Below are positions 28,683 to 46,174 of a stretch of 64,000 bases of DNA, one piece after another. Every line of letters begins with the position of its first letter. The stretch's first letter is position 1. A program made the translations under genes and the position numbers. The stretch comes from the human T2T-CHM13v2.0 reference genome, Homo sapiens. A model generated the notes under the pieces. That model saw only the letters and a list, made by a program, of their open reading frames with translations, was not told the origin of the DNA and made no database searches. The DNA is taken from NCBI RefSeq assembly GCF_009914755.1, contig NC_060932.1; one strand, written 5' to 3'.

Positions 28683-29769
28683 TGAGAAGCTGTCTTTCCT
28701 GGCCATTCTCACCGTCTAATGAGGTGTGAGCAGGGGCCAGGCTGGCACACAGCCTCCTGCTGTACCTCCTGCTCCCTGGAGGGGGTCTGTGCACCCGCAG
28801 CAAAGAAACCTACCCTCCAGAGGCTGATCTGTGACCTTTAAATTTACCCTGAAACAGGGGCACGTTAACAGAAAAAGGCTGGCAGCAAATGCCCAACTGG
28901 ACAAAAAACAAGCAAAGAAGGAGAGAGACGGGAGGGAGTTGGCCGGTCGGCAGGGGTGGCAGACACCCTGGTGAGTGCATTCCTTCTCGTATTCAGGCCA
29001 GACCCTAGTGGGAGCAGGGTCTTCAAGAGCAATCCCAGGATGCAGCTGAATCCCCACCCCACCCCAGGCTGCTGGGACCCTCAGGGAGGGGCCTTCTTTC
29101 CTCACACCATTTGCTGGGAGATGGACACCTTTTGTTAAGATGCAGGGTCCTGGGTTTTGTGTAAAGGCCTCTGTGTGAGACTGAGTTTTGGTTTTCACGC
29201 GAATGTTGGTACCCGCTCTGCCTCTTTGCTGCGTCACAGGGTGTGATAAGTTACACAGAGGAGGGCCCTGAGGACAGATCACAGACACAGCCACTAACAT
29301 GAGCCAACCTCAGGTCAAGATGTGAAAATAAATATCCGGGCCCATGGACTAGACCCAAGGCTGCAATGATTGAATTGCATATAAAGACTTCATTCAAGCC
29401 TCTTAATACGGGATTGCAAAATCTGCAGGTTTGCTGAGTAGCTAAGGGGATCTGGTAAACAAACCTGGGCATAAGCACAGTGGACCTTGTTTCTTTTCAT
29501 TCCTTAATCACTGGCCCTGGTTCGTTCACAGTGGACACCAGTACTCAGGATTTAGAACAAGGTATTTTAAGAAAGAACAAAAAACCCTGATGATAAATAT
29601 TACTGGGATCACAAATCCCTTTCTTGGGGGTGGGGGCTAAGGTGCTGCACTGGTCCTTGTAAGCAGGCATCTGTGTACACATTAGTCCCAGGCAGGGGAT
29701 GGCCAGGTGTCCAGCCACCCACTTTGTCTCAGGTGGGCCATGGTCCTTGCTGTACCAAGATGTCACTAG

Positions 29770-30100
<331 letters not shown>

Positions 30101-31111
30101 TTTGGGAGCAGAGAGAGTGTACAAATGAAGATTTTAAAACATATCTTTGGTAAAGTAGTTATGGCTGGTAATTTGGGTCATGTTCTTTAGTCCTTTTGTT
30201 CCTTCAGGTTAGTCATGAAAATAGTTAACATTGATTTGTTTGTTTACCAACATGCTTTGAGGTGTCAGTCAGGTCTTCAGTGTTTCAGAAGTGATTCTTG
30301 TGAAGGTTGATGGGGTAGGAAGATGGGTTATGGAAGACCCTCTATGAGAGGGTCTGTAACGAAGGAGATTGGGCCAGTGACTCTCCCAGGAGCCTGCAGG
30401 GAGTGTTGCCTGGTTCTGACCAGCTCCTATGGCCCCCGTGGGCCCCGCTCACCCATAGAACATGTCCCTTGTTGCTGGAGCCGGGGAGGGCATGGGACAC
30501 CCTGTGCTGTGGGACCCTGGCTCAGCCCTCATGCAAACAACCTGAAGCATCTCAGAGGCCTGCCCACCTGCCTAGGGCAGCAGCGTTAGAGTCAAAGAGC
30601 CCAGTGAGCTAGAGACATTAGCAACGGAGGAGTGCAGTCCTTAAAACAAAGTCAGAGGAGAACTAAGGATGTTCTGATACAGTTTCCTTTTTCAAGTTAG
30701 AGATCGTCCTTGCATAAACCCCCAGAGTTCCCTACCTCAGCTTAACAGGAGCCACACTTTTTGAAAAGTTGTGACTCAGGGCTTCTTGAAATACAACTTT
30801 TGCAACTCCAATTTACTGCTCAACAGGAGTTTTGGAATGTTACAATGGAGATTGAAGTTTAAATTAATCTAAAGTCTGGAAGAGCTTATATTTCTGTTCC
30901 AAAGACTTTTGAGGTTCTTATGTAAAAGATACACCTGAGAGCGAAGTCATATATGTGATGTATGTGTAATGTTATGCACATATATTAATATATTTAACTG
31001 AAAATTAAGTCCTATCTATCTGTCATTTATCTATCATCCAGGTATACCACATATACATACACATTTATGAGGTCTAATTTTCACTTGTTTACATGCACGA
31101 AAATAATTTTT

Positions 31112-32057
31112 TCTTTTTCCTTCTTTTAAATTTTATTTTATTTTATTTTAAGTTCCGGTATCCACATGCAGGATATGCATGTTTGTTACAAAGGTAAATG
31201 TGTGCCATAGTGGTCTGCTGCACCTATCAACCCATCATATAGGTATTAAACCCCACGTGCATTAGCTCTTTATCCTGATGCTCTCCCTCCCCTTCCCCCC
31301 AAAAAAGGTCCCAGTGTGCACTGTTCCCCTCCCTGTGTCCATGTGTTCTCATTGTTCAGCTCCCACTTATAAGTGAGAACATGCAGTGTTTGGTTTTCTG
31401 TTCATGCATTAGCTTGCTGAGGATAATGGCTTCCAGCTCCATCCATGTCCCTGCAAAGGACGTGATCTTGTTTTTTTTTATGGCTGCATAGTATTCCATG
31501 GTGTATATGTACCACATTTTCTTTATCCAGTCTATCATTGATGGGCATTTGGGCTGATTTCATGTCTTTGCTATTGTGAATAGTGCTGCATTGAACATAT
31601 GTGTGTATGTATCTTTATAATAGAATGATTTATATTCCTTTGGGTATATACCCTGTAGTGAGGTTGCTGGATCAAATTGTATTTCTGGTTCTAGGTCTTT
31701 AAGGAATAGCCATACTGTCTTCCACAATGGTTGAACTAATTTATATTCCCACCAACAGTGTAAAAGCATTCCTATCTCTCCACAGCCTCACCAGCATCTG
31801 TTGTTTTTTGACTTTTTAACACTAGCTATTCTGACTGCCATGAGATGGTATCTCACTGTGGTTTTGATTTGCATTTCTCTAATGCAGTGATGTGGAGCTT
31901 TTTTTCATGTTTGTTGGCTGCATAAATGTCTTCTTTTGAGAAGTGTCTGTTCATGTCCTTTACCCACTTTTTGATGTTTTTTTCTTGTAAATTCATTTAA
32001 GTTTCTTGTAGATTCTGGATATTAGACCTTTGTCAGATGCTAGATTGCAAAAATTAA
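31112..32057 (-). mobile_element. 5'-truncated L1PA (about PA8-PA13)
   Basis: ORF2 C-terminal peptides in the ORF track (31356-31769); probable TSD gaaaat(a/g)attttt at 31099 and 32058. Confidence 0.9.
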
Positions 32058-32107
32058 GAAAATGATTTTTATTGGTCACAGGCAACAATAAAAGAGACAA
32101 GATACTT

Positions 32108-33370
32108 ATTTTTTTTTAAACTTTTAGTTTAGAAATAACTTCTAACTTACAGAAAAGTTGTAAGAATAGTACAAAGATCCCATTCAAATTTCTCCAATTT
32201 TCCCTGTCATAAACCTTACAGGAAAAGGCCCTGACTCAAGATCACATGTTGCACCCACTTGTTGTATATCTTTAATCTTCTTCAATCTGGACCAGTTTCT
32301 CAGTCTTTCCTTAAATATTATGACCTTGAGATTGTTGAAAATTGCTGCCTCGAAATTTTGTAGAATATCCCTCCACTTGGTGCAGTCCAGTGTCTCCTCT
32401 AGATTAGAGCTGGTTTCCACGTATTTTCACTGAATTGTCACGTGTGTGGTAGTGTGTTCTGTTACCTCTTATCAGTTGGCAAATTGATGCTGATTTCTCT
32501 CATGGCTTGTGACACTGACTTTGATCACATGATTAAGGTGCTATCTTAGTAGCCAGGCTCCTCTGCTATAAAGTTACTTTTGATTCCATTTGCAATCATT
32601 CAGTAACTATTTGGTGTGGAGATAAAGTTGAAACTATTTAAGGTCTCATTCCTCATCCATTTGCTTTCTTAAGTTTTAACATCTATTGATGTTTCTTGCC
32701 AGAATAGAGGACTGCTGAGAGCTGTTTTTCAAATGTCATTATTTTTTCTGCATTTATCAGTTGGCATTCTACGAAGAGGTAGTTGTTTCTCTTTCATATA
32801 TGCACATGTGTACATACGTGTGTATGGTTTCAAAACATTATTTTTGTGCATTCTCATGAATTCCTGTTTTATTCAATGAGTTATAATGCATTGCTATCAT
32901 TATTGTCTTGATGTCCAAATTACCCTGGATTTGGCCACTGACAGCCTCATCAGCCTGGCTTCTGTGTTTCCTGCACATGTGCCCATTATTGTTTGAGCAT
33001 GTTCTTATTTTCCGCCACATCAGGATACTCCAGGGCCATCTTGTGCTTTCCCTGCTAACCCTGAACCAGGCATTTTTCCTTGTGGTAATGAAAAATGCTA
33101 TTTGGAAGCCAAGATCTGCAACGTAGGTGTGGCCTTTGTTACCAAGGGGCCCTTGTCCCCAGGTACCTTTTGTGGACAGCATGAGGAAATATATTTCATC
33201 ATCTATCTCTATATCTCTACACACATACACACATTTATACATACTCACATCTATACTTCTTTCCACATTTATCAAGTTAAATTGGAAACCACGAGTTCAC
33301 ACCAATGCCTCCCATTTCAGGCCCACAGCACTCACTCATTCCAGCCCTTCCCTTTTCTGCATTTGTGAGG
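32108..33370 (-). mobile_element. Old L1MC/L1ME 3' region
   Basis: aacttacagaaaagttgtaagaatagtacaaag end motif; downstream L1MC-like segments such as atttggaagccaagatctg. Confidence 0.7.
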
Positions 33371-34988
33371 CTCTCTCCCCACAGTGAAAGGCTGGCACCA
33401 CCCCGCCTGGCTACCATGAAGAACCTAGCTCCTTGTTTACTATTTACTCAATCCCCTCTCGGAGGCTAAGCTTCCACCTTCCACCCTGCTGGATGGCCAT
33501 CTGCTCAGACCCCTGGGACAGCCCAGGCCTGTGCCGGGCTGCCTCACAACTCCATCCCCAACTTTCTGGTGTTTTCTTTTGTTTGTTTTTAATGTGGGGG
33601 TTACGTACTATAAGACGTGTGAAAGATTTCAACAGGAAAATGAGTATTTGCAGCATTTTAAAACCTCAGAAATCTAGAGAAGGCAAGAATGTTAGGAATA
33701 GACTATTAAGAAGGAAGCTGCGTCTGGAAATTAAGGCAGGCTTGGGTGTTGGGGGTCTCTATCCCAGCACCCCAGAGCTCAGCGGTCAGCTCTGCCTTGC
33801 GGAAATCCTCAGGCCCCCTTTTATGCTCCGTATTGTAATTTGAAGATTGGTATTTATGCTCTGTACAAACAATTTCATTAGAAAACTCAGATTAATGACA
33901 GTTCTGCCTTAAGTCTTAACAGATTGTTTAATGGATGGTTGCTGGACCCATTAAGATCTGTAGCAATGAAAATAGTATCTATCTTTTGAATAAGATAAAG
34001 TTGCTATTCTGTATTTGTCTTAATTCTTTGTTCTCATTCATTATCTTGCAGAGCACATTCACCCTGTGTCCTAGAGACATTCTCAGGTGTTTAAGTCAGG
34101 GGTTGCCCTCCCATTGGGAATCTGAAGTACTCCTCTAGGGTGTCTTCTTCTGGCCCTGGTAGGAACAGATGCTTGAATGATCTATCTGGAGAAGACACCT
34201 GGGAAGAAGCCAACCCCTAAGAGAAGACTAGATTTCCCTTTTCACATACAGAAGGGGAACCTGCACTCTTGTGTAACAGGTGCTGTAGCTCCTGCAGGGA
34301 GAGGGCATCAGGTGAAGGGCAGCTTGCTCCCAGGGTGCCTGGCAGGTGCGCCGTCACCCTACACAACTGCTGCTGAATGCCCTGCTGGCCCCAGGGACCC
34401 CGAATGCTCCCCAGCAAGGCCTTCCTGCTCTCCTCTTCTAGGGAAGTCTGGCCAGAGCCAGCTGCAGTCATTTATGTGGAATGCAGGTACAATTCAACAC
34501 GGGCAGCAGGAGCCCCCCAGGGTGCCTCAGATGAACGGCTAGTGGCTCAAAATTAGGAGACTTTCCAAGGGAAGAGAGGAAAGAGGACTGTGTCTGGATG
34601 AGGGGGAAGGTGTGAAACCAAGACCTGGCAGCCTAGGGATGTGGGGGCTGCCTGAGCTATGGGCCCCTACGGTCCTGGAGCCAGCCTGTTATGGGCCTGA
34701 GGAGCTGTGGGAGTGCAGGAATCTGTGTCCTGGTCACAGTTCTGACACTTGGCTGACATCTCTGTCAGCAGGTGGGGGCTGGGGGATTGCCTGGGGTGGG
34801 GAATTCCTACCCAGTCCATTTTTGAAATTGGTGCTCAGGGGCCCTGCTACTTGAGAGGCTGACTTCGGGGGACTCCATGTGACAAGAGGCGAGAGAACAG
34901 ATGCCTTAGGGTGTGTGACCTTTGTGAAGCAGGCCCCATGAAGGTCACTCTGCATTTATTAGTACTCACAGAAATTGAGTTTAGACTC

Positions 34989-35275
34989 AGTGCTGTCTGA
35001 CGGAAATAGAATGTGAGCTTCAGATTTAACATTAAATTTTTTGGTAGCTGCATTTTTAAAAAGGAAGAAAGGAGCAAGTGAAATTAATTTTAATTTTAAT
35101 GGGATATTATTGTTATCCCAACATATCCAGAATATTAACCTATCAATATTAACCATGTGAAATTATTAAGGAGATACTTTGCATTTTTCTTTTCATACTA
35201 AGTCTTTGAAATCTGGTGTGCATTTCACACACAGAGCACGTCCCGGTTCACACCAGTCGCATTTCAAGGGCACAC
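34989..35275. mobile_element. MER33-like hAT DNA transposon
   Basis: cagtgctgtc...gaaatagaatgtgagc; gtgaaattaattttaat; tgaaatctggtgtgcattt. Confidence 0.7.
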
Positions 35276-35849
35276 CCAGGGGATGAGGATGGGCTGGACC
35301 CTTTACATTTTGGATCTGACTAAAAATGAGGAGATGGGCTTCCAGAGACTGTGTGTCCAAACCACAAGCGACTAAACCCTGGTTACGCTGGGAGAATCTG
35401 GGAGACAGCTCATCAAGAAATGTTATCTGTCCATCATTACAGCAATCAAACCACGATACTGGATTGCCTCATTTGTGTAAAGTCCTCTAGGCCTTGTGTG
35501 TGTGTGGGAGGTGGGGCGGGGTGGGGGGGGTAGGTGCCTGTGCAATAATAAAATACAGCTCTGATAAAAGGTCTTAGATTGAACTAAAATGAGCTGAATG
35601 CCCACTACTAGGTTTATGAACTGTGTCTACACAGTTACACCTTCCTAGGCCAAGACAGGAGTTCTTTACTGGTTGACAAATCTTTCACCATCTTGTGTAG
35701 TATTTTTATCAGAAGATTACAGATATTTTCATTAAAATACCACACAAGGTTTAAAAAAATACTACATAGAAGGTTTAAGATGGAACACTTCGTGACGTTA
35801 TTTCTAATATTTTTGTTACATTATGTAAATTTAAGACTCTCAATCTTGT

Positions 35850-35953
35850 TGTGAAAGACAGAATATGCTGGACAATTAAGGAGATGATTTATTTAGGCTG
35901 TTGCAGTAGGGGAGAAGTTTCATCAGTGAGGGCTCAGTGAGATTCATCATTCC
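35850..35953 (-). mobile_element. R/U5 tail of the proviral 3' LTR
   Basis: Aligns in the same orientation with 48582-48660 (tttattt.ggctg...ggggagaag); contains AATAAA on the minus strand. Confidence 0.7.
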
Positions 35954-36243
35954 CAGGGATCAACACTCACTCTTCCCTTTAATGTGACATTTACACTCAC
36001 ATTTCTCTTCATCATTTTAGGCATTTCTCTTTCAATAAGACTGGCCTTCAATGTATTAACACTCTGGACTGTGCCACCCCCTCTCAACAGGTGGTTGAAC
36101 CGATTCACAGGAATACCACCAGCAAAAGTCCTGGTAGAGTGTTTCTCAGACCCACTTCACCTCACTCAGGAAGATGATGATTAACCTTGGTGAATATTGT
36201 TCACCAATGATGATCTTCATTCCTCTTGAATAAGAGGGGAGAA

Positions 36244-36456
36244 TGACAAGGTTGAACTTTACCTTGTCCTGAAATACAACAATTGAAGGTCAAGAAATCC
36301 TCCTCTACCCTCAAAGTAAGTCATTACATAAGACACCTGAGCTTGTATGTTTATTGCAGCACTATTTACAATAGCGAAGATCTGGAATCAACCTAAATGT
36401 CCACCAACACCATCAACAGGAGACAGGATCCAAAAAAAAATGTGAGATATACATAT

Positions 36457-36511
<55 letters not shown>

Positions 36512-37116
36512 ATGGAATACTATGCAGCCATAAAAAAGAATGAAACCATGTCTTTTGCAGTAACACGGATGGAACTAGAGGCCATTATCCTCAGTGAAAT
36601 AACTCAGAAGAATAAAGTCAAATATTGCATGTTCTCACAAATGTGACCTAGAAATGCATACCCATGAACCTACAAAGTGGAAGAATAGACCTTGGAGACT
36701 CAGAAGGGTTGGAGAGTGGAAGGATGGGTGAGGGATGAAATACCACCTACTGGGTACAATGTACACTATCTGGGTGATGGTTCCATTGAAGGCCCAGACT
36801 TCACCACTTTGCAATGAATGTATGTAAGAAACCTGCACTTGTACCCCTAAATATATTATAAATAAATAAGATATCCTCATCCTCTTCTACCGTTTTGTGA
36901 TCTAAGAGAGAAATGGACAGTCCCACAGGACCCCCTGCCCTCCCATATTCCGGGATGAGACCCTCCTCTAGCCTGGCTCAGTGGCTTGGAAGACCTGGCT
37001 CCTCTCTCTTGTGAATCCCAGGAGACTCTGGACGACTCCCTGTTTAACTGCTTTAACACCCCAGGCTCTTGTCCTTTCTCAGTGGGTTCCAAGCCACTAG
37101 GCAGCCCCATTCCCTG
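36244..37116 (+). mobile_element. U3 part of the proviral 3' LTR (inverted), preceded by PPT aagaggggagaa and interrupted by an L1
   Basis: Starts tgacaaggttgaactttacc; 36910-37067 aligns to the reverse complement of ~48680-48843 (gaaatggacag...caggaccccctgcc.tcccat). Confidence 0.75.
36330..36870 (+). mobile_element. L1PB/L1MA 3' end with an internal (CA)n microsatellite at ~36451-36511
   Basis: tatgtttattgcagcactatttacaatagc; catggaatactatgcagccataaaaaagaatgaa; ends cacttgtacccctaaat. Confidence 0.85.
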
Positions 37117-39237
37117 AGTTTCTGCAGTTCCCGAGCCAGGCTGCTGGTGTTCTTGTGATGCTGTGCACAGGTATGGTTATCTCTTGTACAAGGGTGTGCA
37201 TGACCTGAGCATTCTGCTCAACCTTCTTCTGACCTGTCCAGGGGAATCCAGCCCATGCAGGGTCTGCTGTGGGCAGGGGTGGGGGGGGTGGGGGGTGCAG
37301 CTCTGGGAGGTTTGGATCAAGTCCAAAGGCTTCAGCTCACAGAGCTTCTGCCATCCTAGGCAAGGGCCACTATGAGGCAGCCTGGAGTTCTAGGGGATCT
37401 GGCCATCAGCCTTGAATTCTCAGTGACACCAAGTCAGGAGGGAGGGAGAAAAATGGGAACTGTTTGCTGGGAGAGTTTTAGGTAGACACTGAGGGAAACT
37501 GACGATCTGAATAAGGTGACAGGGTCTGATCTAATTTATAAGTAGGTATCAATACCGTTTTCTTCAGAGCGGGAGGAAGTCAATTATTTCTTTGCCAGAT
37601 AAGACAGAGAATGCATATTCATCAGGTACCTTGAATTACAAAAAAGAGGCAAGAAACAGCCCAAAGGCAGGGCCAGAGTTCGATAAACCCAGGGAGTGCT
37701 ATAGTTTTCTACTCAAACACAATTCTCTTTAACTATCCCCCTTTTGATTAAAGATAATATGAAAGAAAGCTTGCTCTTGATCACAAAATAAGGCTGGTCT
37801 CATTAGATTTAGCCTACTTATTTATGTCGGTATTGTAGGATGTTAAATTTGCTGGCCTTAAGTTTGCCGTGCTGGAAGTTTTCATAAAGAATCTCAGATT
37901 GGATTTCTTAAAGCCTCTTGATGCTAAGCAGGCAAAGCTATATCAAACCACTAGATTTCACTTGCAATATCTATAAATTTGGTCAAATTCTTCTCATCTT
38001 GAGGTCCCCACCCAAGCTGTCCTAATGTTCTTGGGCTGGTCAGGAAGTAGTCTTTGCTCATCTGTAAGGCTGAGAACATATTTGCCAGGTACCACACCGG
38101 TATTCCTGGGAGAGTTTGTAAACATTGGCTCCATACAGTCAATCTTAGTTCCTCAAAAGTGTCTGTTCATATCTTATTAAATGACCATCATTCTCAAATA
38201 TGACATTTCCGTCATGGCCTTTGTTATGGAACCATTGTTTCCAATTTTGTCTTGTTACAAGGAGGACAGATTCTTATCCAACCTAGACAAACAATTATAT
38301 TGCCATGAAAAAGTAAGAACACTCAATAAAAGTTCTGACTTCTGGAGGGCCCAGGCAAGGAGAATAAGATATCACTTATAAATGTTTTATTTCCACTTAC
38401 AAAAAGAGTCTAATAAATTGTTAGTTACAGATAGCTTAAGAGGAAAGCAAAAACACCTTATGTATTCAGAGAATAGAATATTAAAACATCAATAATATTC
38501 TAAACAAAAACCACAGTTGTTCCTCATCTGTTCATTCAGCCCTATGCAATTAATTCTTGGATATTGGGTCAGCAGTCTCACAAATCCATCTGTTTCTCAA
38601 CTAGAGTCTTGGAAGTCCTGACTCAATCCACAGACATGGTTTAGGCAATGCCATCAGAGATCTGCATCTAAACAGATACCTTTTCCATAGGGTTCTGAGA
38701 AAACTCTTTTTTGAAACCATATCACCTTGGCCTATAGCTGATTGTAAAGCTTTCAAAGAAGCATCAGAGTAAAAGAAAAAAAAAAAACTATGTAGATGAA
38801 GAAAGACTTACAATGGCTGTGGTTACCTTATTACTGACCATTTTCAAAAGTGAAAGTCTGATGAGAGTTCATGACAAGAATGATCCAACCAACAGGGAAA
38901 TTGTGCTGTTGCTCTGGCATATGCAAAACATGGTAGTAAAATCAGTCCAAGTAAACTTAGATAAAATACCCACAAACATGGACAGCCCCATTTTCAAAGA
39001 AGAATGGCTGTCACATCTAATTTATTAAAATGGATTAACATGATCTTTATGGAGACAATATCTTCAGATACAACATATAATAATACTGACATAATATGTG
39101 AAAGCATATAGTTAAAATATATCAAGAATATATGAAGTGCAAAGGGACTCAGGAAGGAGCAGGTCCTGAATGTCTGCACATTATAAAACTTCATGGGTAA
39201 GTGATGTGAAAGCCCCAGTTGAAAACCACCGGCTGAG

Positions 39238-40108
39238 TTAGAATGGCGATGATTAAAAAGTCAGGAAACAACAGATGCTGGCTAGGTTGTGGAGAAATAG
39301 AAACGCTTTTACACTGTTGGTGGGAATGTAAATTAGTTCAACCATTGTGGAAGACAGTGTGGTGATTCTTTAAGGATCTAGAACCAGAAATACCATTTAA
39401 CCCAGCAACCCCATTACTGGGTATATACCCAAAAGATTATAAATCATTCTACTATAAAGACATATGCACGTGTATGTTTATTGCAGCCCTATTTACAATA
39501 GCAAAGACTTGGAATCAACCCAAATGCCCATCAATGATAGGCTGGATAAAGAAAACGTGGCACATATACACCATGAAATATTATGCAGCCATAAAAAAGA
39601 ATGAGTTCATGTCCTTTGCAGGGACATGGATGAAGCTGGAAGCCATCATTCTCAGCAAACTAACACAGGAACAGAAAACTAAACACCGCATGTTCTCACT
39701 CATAAGTGGGAGTTGAACAATGAGAACACATGGACACAGGGAGGGGAACATCACACACTGGGGCTTGTTGTGATGGGTGGGGGGCAAGGGGAGGGAGAGC
39801 ATAAGGAGAAATACCTAATGCATGCGGGGCTAAAAACATAGATGACGGGTTGACAGGTGCAGCAAACCACCATGGCACACGTATACCTATGTAACCAACC
39901 TGCACGTTCTGCACATGTATCCCAGAACTTAAAGTCAAATTAAAAAATAAAATAAAATAAAATAAAATAAATGTATACATTGTGGAATGTCTAAATCAAG
40001 CTAACATGCATTACCTCATGTATTTATAATTTTTTGTGGTGAGAACACTTAAAATCTACTCTGTTAGCACATTTTATGAATAAAATTCATTGCTTTTTTT
40101 TTAAAAAA
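39238..40108 (+). mobile_element. 5'-truncated L1PA (about PA8; 39238-39971) plus 3'-transduced sequence (39972-40108)
   Basis: L1 3' end with (aaaat)n tail; 17-bp TSD gaaaaccac(c/t)ggctgag at 39221-39237 and 40109-40125 encloses the extra segment. Confidence 0.85.
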
Positions 40109-40190
40109 GAAAACCACTGGCTGAGAAGTTGTTAGATTCAAATTAAAGAGGGAAAATCATGATGAAGTTGACATTTTAAAAATAACTGAA

Positions 40191-40493
40191 GACTGGGCAT
40201 GGTGGCTTATGCCTGTACTCTCAGCACTTTGGAGACTGAGGCAGGAAGATCTCTTGAGGCCAGGAGTTCAAGACCAGCCTGGGCAACACAGTGAGACCCC
40301 TTTCTACAGAAAAATAATAAATTAGCCAGACACAGTGGTGCTCACCTCTAGTCCTTGCTAAGCAGGACGCTGAGGCGGGAGGATCACTTGAGCTCAGGAG
40401 TTCGAGGTTGCGGTGAGCTATGATCATGCCACTACACTCCAGCCTAGGCCACAGAGACAGCCCCTGTTTCTAAGATAACATTAAAAAAAAAAA
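40191..40493 (+). mobile_element. AluJ
   Basis: gactgggcatggtggcttatgcctgta...gaggccaggagttcaagaccagcctgggcaaca...A tail. Confidence 0.9.
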
Positions 40494-40556
40494 GGTGTAA
40501 TCATGGATTACTGAGAAATTGTACCTGGCTACCTACTTAACCAAAGTGACATTAAA

Positions 40557-40821
<265 letters not shown>

Positions 40822-41268
40822 CTATAAAGAATCTTCATGCTTTCAAAATGAGAATATTTGGTTCTCTTAAATAATCAAGAACATTAAAAAGTCAACATAA
40901 AGCACAAGGATCTTTACCTTCTAGGCAGCTTACTCAGAAGGCAAAGGACAACTTTTTCAACATCTCAGTGAGAGCAGACCAAATGTAAATGTAAAAAGTT
41001 CTTTTTGAAAATTGTGTAAGTAATTCCATTAAACCTTAGCCAGCTTTTTTTTTTTTCTTTTTTATTATACTTTAAGTTTTAGGGTACATGTGCACAATGT
41101 GCAGGTTTGTTACATATGTATACATGTGCCATGCTGGTGTGCTGCACCCATTAACTCGTCATTTAGCATTAGATATACCTCCTAATGCTATCCCTCCCCC
41201 CTCCCCCCACCCCACAACAGTCCCCAGAGTGTGATGTTCCCCTTCCTGTGCCCAAGTGTTCTCATTGT

Positions 41269-45101
<3,833 letters not shown>

Positions 45102-45157
45102 TTAGCTGGTTATTTTGCTCATTAGTTGATGCAGTTTCTTCCTAGCCTCGATGGTCT

Positions 45158-46174
45158 TTACAATTTGGCATGATTTTGCAGCGGCTGGTACTGGTTGTTC
45201 CTTTCCATGTTTAGTGCTTCCTTCAGGAGCTCTTTTAGGGCAGGCCTGGTGGTGACAAAATCTCTCAGCATTTGCTTGTCTGTAAAGTATTTTATTTCTT
45301 CTTCACTTATGAAGCTTAGTTTGGCTGGATGTGAAATTCTGGGTTGAAAATTCTTTTCTCTAAGAATGTTGAATATTGGCCGCCCCCCCCCTCTTCTGGC
45401 TTGTAGAGTTTCTGCCAAGAGATCTGCCATTAGTCTGATGGGCTTCCCTTTGTGGGTAACCCAACCTTTCTCTCTGGCTGTCCTTAACATTTTTTCCTTC
45501 ATTTAAACTTTGGTGAATCTGACAATTATGTGTCTTGCAGTTGCTCTTCTCGAGGAGTATCTTTGTGGCATTCTCTGTATTTCCTGAATCTGAATGTTCG
45601 CCTGCCTTGCTAGATTGGGGAATTTCTCCTGGATAATATCTTGCAGAATGTTTTCCAACTTGGTTCCATTCTCCCCGTCACTTTCAGGTACACCAATGAG
45701 ACGTAGATTTGGTCTTTTCACATAGTCCCATATTTCTTGGAGGCTTTGTTTGTTTCTTATTCTTTTTTCTCTAAACTTCCCTTCTCGCTTCATTTCATTC
45801 ATTTCATCTTCCATCACTGATACTCTTTCTTCCAGTTGATTGCATCGGCTCCTGAGGCTTCTGCATTCTTCATGTAGTTCTCGAGCCTTGGCTTTCAGCT
45901 CCATCAGCTCCTTTAAGCACTTCTCTGTATTGGTTATTCTAGTTATATATTCGTCTAAATTTTTTTCAAAGTTTTTAACTTCTTTGCGTTCGGTTTGAAT
46001 TTCCTCCTGTAGCTTGGAGTAGTTTGATCCTCTGAAGCCTTCTTCTCTCAACTCGTCAAAGTCATTCTCCATCCAGCTTTGTTCCATTGCTGGTGAGGAA
46101 CTGCGTTCCTTTGGAGGAGGAGAGGCACTCTGCTTTTTAGAGTTTCCAGTTTTTCTGCTCTGTTTTTTCCCCAT
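45158..46174 (-). pseudogene. L1 ORF1p (RNA-binding protein) with an in-frame nonsense codon
   Basis: MGKKQSRKTGNSK...RFTKV*MKEKMLR...QNHAKL; GAA>TAA at ~45503-45505. Confidence 0.95.
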
